Assembly (NCBI GenBank): GCA_905178155.1
Contig: CAJINV010000004.1
Span: 218,969 to 282,968, forward strand
Source: Amoebophrya sp. A120
Taxonomy: Eukaryota; Protista; Dinoflagellata
DNA: 64,000 nt
Reading direction: 5' to 3'
Shown here piece after piece: positions 56,701 to 64,000 of this stretch (the stretch's first letter is position 1; every line of letters begins with the position of its first letter). Position numbers and translations under genes: made by a program. The notes under the pieces are model-generated. The model had not been told where the DNA came from, did no database searches, and saw only the letters and a program-made list of their open reading frames with translations.

Positions 56701-59700
56701 ATCTCTCTCGACCCAGACATGTGTGCGACTCTTTCGCATTTTCATACGGAGGACGCCGGGACTATGAAGCTGTCAGGATTGATGAAATCGTCAAAGTTAA
56801 AATGGTTTGCCATGCATAAAATGCATGGCATGAAGTGCCTGTCTTCCCGGGATGGCAAGTGGGGCAAATTGTGGGCCTATTTAGGGTTTGGGATAGAGCT
56901 GCTAAAGGAGCACGACAAAAGCACTACTCTGTGCCCAAACAGCATGACCAATTGGATTTCGGTGCTCCGAAAAATTCTCATGCGCCGCTCGGGAATTGGT
57001 CTTCCAACTGGTATCCATTTTATGCATGACCAAGCTATTTGCTCAACTTTGTCGATTTCAAGCCTGACACTTCCATAAGGACGATCACGGCCTCCCTCAA
57101 CCTGTGCTCCTGCAGGCCGAGCATATGCACAGCATTGCCCAACAACAAAATGAAAACATGCGCGCGGCGAAGCACGAATACCGAAAGGCGTCGGAAGGTG
57201 CGACGGAAAAAGGCCGGGCGGAAGCCGGGGTCCTTGAGGATCTCCAAGGGCAAAACTATCAAAAGAACGCACAAAGTGGGGAAGCACGAAATAAAGCAGC
57301 AGAACACCGATTGCTGGAGCATCAACACGCGCAACAAAGGGCCGACGTAAGCTCAGCACTGATGTCCTCCTCGAAATCTAGCTCTGGGGCACAGCAAGAA
57401 CAAAAAGAGACAAAATCCAGCAGCGCACAGCGAGACGCCTTCTCGGCGTCTATTCCCGACGACTGGAACCTGTATGATTTCCATATCACGCACTCACCCG
57501 GAATGATATCAAATACGAATGCGTCTGGGCCTGGAAGATTGTGAGACCGGCAGTGCCAGTGGGACATGGCTGCTGGAGAGTCTGTGGCGCATGGTGCAGA
57601 AGACGCAGAGAAATGCTGGAGCGCCCAGCTGTTGCTATACATGCAAAAACGCAGCTTCTGATGCAAAATACGCACCGCGGAGCTTGTTTCCAAAACCTTG
57701 TCGGACCACTCGGCGGCGTACGATTATAGTGCGTTTATAGTCATTATAGCGGCGGCAAAAGCTTACTTTTGCGAAAATAAAAAAAATATTGGGTGGCTTT
57801 ATCGTGGGCCTCGCAGCCCAGCCGAATCAGCACGCTTCTGGACTCAGGACGGCGTAAGACCCACGCCAGCGCAGCGCTCACCCAGTTTGCTCTGCCGTGC
57901 TGCCGCAAAGTCAAACACAACACACCACCGCAGCACCCCTTGCGGAAGGCGCGAAAGGTCGCGCCAACTTCAACGCCCGCACACGCCAGGGCGGGCATCG
58001 TGGGCAGGGAGCCGGGCCCGTCGTTGACCCCTTAATGGGCCAGTCCCGCCAGGTCTGCGCCGCTCCAAATTTCGTCGGGGCAGGCGGAGGCCCGGCAGGC
58101 GCGGCCGAATCTGGCCAAGCCAAAGGCACGGCGTGATATGGAATGGGCGAGCGCCTTGCGCCCCACCAGATGTCCCGGGGCCATGCTCCTGTGCCCCGGT
58201 CCGGCGGCATCATCGGGCGCAATGCCCATCCCTGATTGCCCGGCGAGGTGCCGCAAAACCCCTCGGCCGCCGCCCACGACCCCTGCTCGGCCGACCGCAA
58301 TTCCCCAATCGCGCGACACTCGCCCTGTTCAATCAGCCCCATTTCTGCAAAGCGGGCAAAAGCGTGGCTCCATCCCAGCCAAGGTGCCTGCGGTTTGGTT
58401 ACACCTCCCAAGCCACCCCCTAGCGTGCCTCCGCCAATTCGCGGGATTCCTTGCAAGAACTGCCCGGCGGCATTTCGGATATCAATTTCGCGGAAAACAC
58501 CCGCCCGGCGACACTGCCAGCACGCTTGGAGGCTAGAGCACAAGCGCCGCAGCCCTGGGCAACACAGCGGGGCAGCCGGGCCCCCCTTTTTGCAGGTGGG
58601 GAACTTATCAAGCGGCCCGCGCAAGGGGGGCCCGACCGCGGCGCGCCGTGCCCTAGTGGCCCCAAAACCTTGTCGGACTCGGCGGCGTACGATTATAGTC
58701 ATACACGAGCAGTTTATAAAATAACACTAGAGTATTTTTACTCGGATTTTTGGCCCTTATAGTCTATAGGGGCTTCCTTAGAAAATGAATTCTAGGAAGG
58801 AAGCTTTCTAGAAGCTTCCCTTAAGTGAGCTCCTAGGGGAAGCCTCTAGGAGAACGCACTTAAGAAAACGACTGGCATGGTGACCCGGCCTAGAAATTTC
58901 TGTAGGCATTTTTTTCGTTTAGGTAGCTTCTTGCAAGAAGCTTCTGAGAAGAGCTTCTAAGTGCCCATCTGAATTCAGATGCGCGCCGGGGCACGCGCCT
59001 GCCTGAATTCAGCTGAAAACAGCGAAAAGAATCAACTGCAAGCGGGCCGAGGGCTGGCCAAGGCCCAAGGGTGCGCCCGCCTACTTTTAGGTAGATGCCG
59101 GGCCAGCCATTGCTCCCAGCGCAGACGCCGGGCCAATCTTCCTCAATTGAGCCGCACGGCGGTCCCAGCGTCTAAATGCAAGCGGGCGCCGGGACAAGTC
59201 CGATAGGATTTATGTTCACTTCGGGCCCGGTTCGCTTGCATTTTTCAAGCAGGCGCCGACTTGAGTTCAGGCATTTTCCACAGGAGGGGACTTAGAAACG
59301 CAAGACCTCTCCTGTGAGAGACAGCCTCGAGCTCTGTCGCAGGGATGCAACTTTATTGCGCCTTGGCCTCTTTCACTTTCTCGGACGGGAGCAGTGGTTC
59401 CTAGCTTCTACGCCCTAGCCTTGGCTTCCACAGGAGGGTGCGTAAAAGGTCCAAACTGCTCCCGAGAAAGAAATCCCCAATCTGCGTTGCAGAAGGTGAG
59501 CGGCTTTGTGCTTGGGCGGCTTCTTTTTCCCTCTGGAGCGGCCCCCAGTGCGTAGTTTATTTGGATGATGCTTCTTAGTTTACTAGACGCCCCATCGCCG
59601 GCGTCCTGGACGCCGGCGTAATGGTCTAGTACGATTATAGTCATTTCCAAAACCTTGTCGGACTCGGGCGTTACGAGTGCGTTTATTATCATACACGAGC

Positions 59701-62700
59701 AGTCAGCATGACAACTTTCCAGAAGATTCAGATATATTTGTAGTGCATGAGTGACCACGTGCGACCACGGAGAACCCGTGAAGGAAGCGGAGTGCGAGCA
59801 CGCCGTGACCCTGCTGCGCCGCAGTATCGGATCGAAAAGTGCCTTGCCGCTCCAGATCGTCGGGTAAGGATTTGCAATGCAGGAGATAGGTCGAGGACAC
59901 TAGTGAAAATATATAATTAGTACGGGGACCGACTTATTTATATTTTCTCTTTCTCCGATTTTGCGTATATTTATTCCTAGAAAAACAGCAGCGCAAAGAA
60001 TCGACACCGGGCATTGGCCAGAGACTGCGTGGTGGTAGACAAGGCTTGCTAAGCGAAAAGCGGGCACTGCCGTTGGAGCGCTGCTTTGCACGCCTGGAAT
60101 CTCTTGAAGCGGAAAGAGCCCTCCGTGTCCATTCATGCAAGACAAAAGGTTTCCAGTTTTTTCGCGGAGCAGACGCTGCGGTGGCACTTTGCATTTTCAT
60201 AGGGAGGTTTGGGGGTCCGGTAATCCCGGATATTGCGGTCGGCGAAGGCGGACGCTTATGCATTGCAAATAAACTACAAGTGTCGTGCTAATATTGATTG
60301 CAAGATATACATAACAAATGCCTCTAAGATGGTAGTGCTGACTCACGCTTACAAATACAACTTGAGTTCCTAAGTCATTTAAAAAATCTTGAATCTCAGG
60401 AACTCAAGTTGTATTAACAGGGAGTCTTAGGACATTCTAGCGTCGTTATTCCAAATCCTAATAATATTTTACAAGTTACTAGGACTGCAATCATGCAGGA
60501 CATTATGTCCTGCTGCATGATTGCAGTTACTACGATTGCGATGCTTTTGTGTAGAATAATGCTGTGGCGACGGGGCCTGGGGCGAGGTCCCCATGGGCTG
60601 CTCCGTCCGGATATGAATCGCAAATGTGTCTAGGTCTGCAAGGTCTGCCATGCTTCTCTGACGTGACTTCAAAAGGTTTGATGCATGTCCATAGTGCGGC
60701 CTTGTTATGCAAAGAGAAAGAACAAGAAACACTTTGCCATGCGAAATACACATAGCGCATTCAAATACTTCTATATATTTGCCATGCTCGGCTGTGCAAG
60801 TGCATAATTACACGAGGTTTGTCTTATGTTATTCCCGATGTTTTCAGCATCACAGGGCTTCAGAGCCAGACATATGCTGCGTTTGATACCGGACGGGCCA
60901 TTACGACTCCAACGGCCAGCACTCCTACGACAAGGCATTATGGGAGTCTCATGGCCGACGCCGAAATCGACAGAGTTGAAATTAGTAGCGTGCGACGCAT
61001 GAACTCCAACTCGATACCAGGAGTTGGGCGACCAACTACTTTTCATCGTAGCGTCACAAATTTTGTAAGCACCTCAAGAAATCTATATCTGTCATGCTAT
61101 TTGGGGCAAAGAAGACTCGACTGCTTTTGCCGCGCTTCTTCGCACCTCTAGCAATAGCCGCTCCCGTTGAAGAGGCTCCCGCACTCAGCGTCGCCTGCCA
61201 TACCTGCGGAACAGGTATTCTGTGCAGCCCGGCACCCATGCGTCCGCGTCGCAAATCTCTTCCCCTTTGTCGATTTCGACTCTGGCGCTTTCATAGTGCT
61301 TATAAAATGCAAATGTGTTTCGGTCTGGAAGAATGCCGATTTATGTCATTTTGTTGTTGCATGATATCACAGGAGATCTGGCATGGAAGGTCTAGTGCCG
61401 CAGGTTTTCTTTTTGAGAAAGCTTCACAATGCCTAATAAATCCGCATGACAGTAATTACCCCCTCTCTCGTTGGCAACATCAAGTGAGCAACTTTTGCTG
61501 TCCAGCTCCAGTCATGCGCATGCGTGACAGGTTTTTGTGTGGTCTAAGTTGCGCTGCATCAAAAAAACAAAAAGTCTGCATTTCTCCCAGACCCAGACAC
61601 GCTTGCAATGCATAGACCTGGCGACCCTACTACAAGGGGGGAGACCCGCCGGAAGGATACTACTCCTACGCCGATTGCATCGGGCAGCAGTACCAGCTTG
61701 TTTGCCGGTCCGAAGCGTCAATGAGTGGCGCAGCAGGGATATGAGAGTGCATAATCCCCCCTCCCCCTCATTTGAAGGGCATGAAAAGCAAGACAAGCAC
61801 AAGCGAAGGCGGAGCCTTTCTTGCATGACAAGGAGCGCGATTGCCGTCTCGAACCCAAAGGCTTCAGGTGATGACAAACCTCACCACGATTCCGTCCCAG
61901 GAGGCCTTATTGCTGTCTTTCGAGGCCATCACTGCGTCCAAATTCGCCACCTAGAATTCATCGAGTACGCGGCTAAAATTCTGTAGAAGTAATTGAAAAC
62001 ATCAGGGACGCCCTCCCATAGTTTCCCAACACGAAACGCGCATTTTTCTGCTGCTGTTTGGCCTTTCGGAATGATGTCTAGATGTCGTGCAAACCGCAAC
62101 ACCAGGGCAAGAGTTAACTTCTTGAATTCAGTTTGAAATCAGTTTGAAATGAAAGTACAAGACGAGCGGTCTGGAGTTAAGGGCCACACAAAAAAGATAA
62201 ATGCGAATTTGCAGCATGGCAAAACAGGCGGAGCAAGAGGCTTTTGCACCCTCATATGGGAAGCCAGTCCACCTTCTGAACGTAGAAGACGGCGACCTCT
62301 TTTTCGCGGATCCAGGCGCCATGGCGTGTTATGCGAGGCAAATATGGTTGGGCCTGCTGGAGCGAAAACTTTTGATGCGGATTTCGAAGTAGGCATGTAA
62401 AAAATTGTGTTGCAGCATACTCAGCGAACGATGTCGGATTTTTATGTTCACGAGAAGGCATTTCCATTTCTCTTGCAGGCTAGCTATGGAGAAGCTTTGA
62501 GAGGACTTGTGATGCTCCGTGCACATTTTTCCAGAGCCTGATGCAGAAGCAAAAACTGCATGACAAACTTTCGCTGTCTTTCAGGCGGCCGATAAATATT
62601 TGGAACGCATACTGATCCCGACGGAGTAATGTTCTCCGGTACGTCCCTGGATTGCGAACGCGTTGGGTTGTATCAAATGCAAATATTCCAAAGCTGCTGG

Positions 62701-63455
62701 AGAGTTGCGGTCCTGAACTGTGGATGATAAAAGCAGTTTCGAATGCAAGCACGTACTAGCGTGACAAATTTGCGGAAGGCTCTGTCACACACAATGCGCA
62801 TCAGAAGCTATGTTTTTGCTGTGGCTTTTCTTGGTCCTGCAACAGTACAAATATTACAGAAAAAATATATAATGTAAAGACGAAGAAAGACTGGCATTTA
62901 TGAATGCAACAAGTTCCAACTACTTTCCAGACCCAGACGCAGGCACTTTTGCAATGCATAGGCTGACTTTGTTTCGGGCCTACGCAACCAGCAGCTGGCC
63001 CATGCAGTTTGATTTGGGAACATATGGAAATTTCAAGCACTATTTTTCTTGCTGTTACATGATTTGCCATGTTGCAAAATTACGATCAGCCTCTACACGA
63101 TCAAGCTGCTTCGCGCGGCTTGTATGTTGAAGCGCCAAACAGAATGAAGATCTGCTTCGTAAAAATGCAAGACGTACAAGCGGCGCCCGCGCCCCTGCTA
63201 TTTTTGCGCCGCAAACCCAAACTCATGTGAAAAGGTATCAAGCATAACGCTTGAGATCTCCATAGAGCAACAGAGTGTGCGACCGCGACTACGTTCCCGG
63301 TCGGGTGCAGCATGCGGGTCGGGGCCGAGGGTGACAACACAAACAACTACCGGGCTTACTACAACCGGGCCTATATGAAGCCTGCAAACTTCGAAGCCTA
63401 CGCGGACGGGACTTGCGTGCCGCAAAGTTTCATGCCGGTCTGTTCGATGCCGGGC
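53751..63455 (+). CDS. Multi-exon gene C: low-complexity N-half plus two tandem ~110-aa Cys-rich modules; 3' end not resolved
   Basis: Stop-free after excision across exons 53751-53821, 54151-54153, 54420-54445, 54641-55054, 55279-55476, 55772-55867, 56170-56337, 56752-56762, 57083-57506, 59755-59863, 60243-60256, 60564-60611, 60894-60938, 61620-61739, 62262-62329, 62617-62670, 62966-63022, 63270-63455. Modules: PG.TTCDHG..ECEH..VPMGCSVR..RPYY..CIGQQYQLVC and PGAMACPDG..DCER..FPVGCSMR..RAYY..CVPQSFMPVC. The true start may lie further upstream. Confidence 0.85.
53822..54145. mobile_element. IR introner, family 1 (degenerate)
   Basis: TATcaagtgcac..ctgggcctggaa ... gcctagacc..aatgcATA; DR agcct/agcga. 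Confidence 0.65.
54154..54414. mobile_element. IR introner, family 1
   Basis: TATgcattgcaagcatgtctcgg ... ccagacatgtttgcacttgATG. Confidence 0.8.
55055..55273. mobile_element. IR introner, family 2
   Basis: TATgaaaacctca ... tgaggcctccATA; DR cggcg/caacg. Confidence 0.75.
55477..55766. mobile_element. IR introner, family 3
   Basis: Perfect DR gcggc; TATcctg..gagaaac ... gtttttccacaggATA. Confidence 0.85.
55868..56164. mobile_element. IR introner, family 1
   Basis: TATtcgctgcaaatat ... atatttgcaatgcATA; DR cttgg/agtgg. Confidence 0.85.
56338..56746. mobile_element. IR introner, family 1
   Basis: Perfect DR cggag; tgtctgggtc / gacccagaca arms. Confidence 0.85.
56763..57077. mobile_element. 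IR introner, family 2
   Basis: DR gggac/aggac; right arm ctttgtcgatttcaagcctgacacttccATA. Confidence 0.88.
57507..59749. mobile_element. IR introner, family 1, with ~2-kb passenger bounded by repeated 40-60-bp motifs
   Basis: DR aatga/agtga; excision joins HSPG|(M/V)TTCDHG. Confidence 0.85.
60257..60558. mobile_element. IR introner, family 4
   Basis: DR acgct/atgct; two internal perfect hairpins. Confidence 0.8.
60612..60888. mobile_element. IR introner, family 1
   Basis: Perfect DR ccgga; TATgaatcgcaaatgtgtctaggtctg left arm. Confidence 0.88.
60939..61295. mobile_element. IR introner, family 2
   Basis: gaaatcgacagag / ctttgtcgatttc arms. Confidence 0.82.
61301..61614. mobile_element. IR introner, family 1 (back-to-back with previous)
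   Basis: TATaaaatgcaaatgtgtttcggtctggaa ... ccagacccagacacgcttgcaatgcATA. Confidence 0.88.
61740..62256. mobile_element. IR introner (short-TIR type)
   Basis: TATgagagtgca ... tgcaccctcATA; DR aggga/tggga. Confidence 0.82.
62330..62611. mobile_element. IR introner, family 1 (degenerate)
   Basis: TATgcgaggcaaatat ... atatttggaacgcATA; frame restored (MAC|PDG). Confidence 0.78.
62671..62960. mobile_element. IR introner, family 1
   Basis: DR ggttg/ggctg; right arm ttccagacccagacgc..ttgcaatgcATA. Confidence 0.85.
63023..63264. mobile_element. IR introner (family-2-like)
   Basis: TATggaaatttcaagc ... gcttgagatctccATA; DR gaaca/gagca. Confidence 0.82.
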
Positions 63456-64000
63456 TATCCGGGGAGAATCAAGTATGAGCACGCCAGGTAGGAAATCCTC
63501 AAAATAAAAAGCAAGAAAGTTGGTGACTCCAAGACGACAGCACCAATTGAGGCCGCCATTTCGAACCGGCGAGGGGGAGCTGTGTGTCCGGGAAATGAGG
63601 AGAAATTGCGCAATCCCCCCAGCCCACCCTCATCTATTTTTAGACATGCAAAAATACAAAAACAAACGCATGTCTTGCCTTTGGGCCGTGTGTGAGTCAC
63701 AAACCATAAACAGGATCACAGTCCGCGAGCGGATTTGTCATGCGGAAGTTACGTTTCATTCTGTCGTTGCTTGTGTTGCTGTTCATGCCCTTCAAACGAG
63801 GGCTTATTGCTATTGGACGCGTTGTGAACTCGTATCAAAAGATAAGGAGGGGCGCAGCTTCAAGATTTTTCGGATTGTAGAAACCATGAGACAATAAATT
63901 ACGCAGCTGGCATTTGGGGTTTCCATTCTGAGTGAAACGAGCTGGCAAACCCCAAGGTGTGACGCAGCTGGCTCTGAGCTCTTCTGGCCTTCCTGGACAG

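Noticed and set aside
57911-58702. 263-aa minus-strand ORF in the passenger
   Set aside because: No recognisable domain; GC-rich and begins inside a repeat.
1-64000. Window-wide stop-codon reassignment
   Set aside because: Thousands of nt of reconstructed exons and three TE ORFs are stop-free under the standard code; only isolated junctions show stops.

Overview
This is eukaryotic DNA, most consistent with the parasitic dinoflagellate Amoebophrya (Syndiniales), A120-like. That assignment is inferred from intron architecture, not from a database match. Most ORFs in the track are spurious. Two things dominate. (1) Four long + strand host genes, plus a fragment of a fifth, are interrupted by about 65 non-canonical introns ('IR introners'). 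These start TAT, end ATA, carry terminal inverted repeats (at least 5 TIR families), and are flanked by 5-nt direct repeats. Removing each element plus one 5-nt repeat restores a continuous reading frame at nearly every junction I traced by hand. The spliced products are PAN/Apple-like proteins (two with signal-peptide-like starts) and a protein with two Cys-rich repeats. Some introners are nested, some sit back-to-back with no net exon between them, and some carry kb-sized passengers. (2) An apparently intact tyrosine-recombinase retrotransposon (~5223-12165) has the unusual order YR -> Gag-like (H1-like PAK-rich tail + CCCH finger) -> RT/RNase H. It has no terminal repeats that I could find and sits inside an introner. 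No rRNA, tRNA or CRISPR array was seen. All exon junctions are manual predictions (+/-5 nt) and need RNA-seq confirmation.
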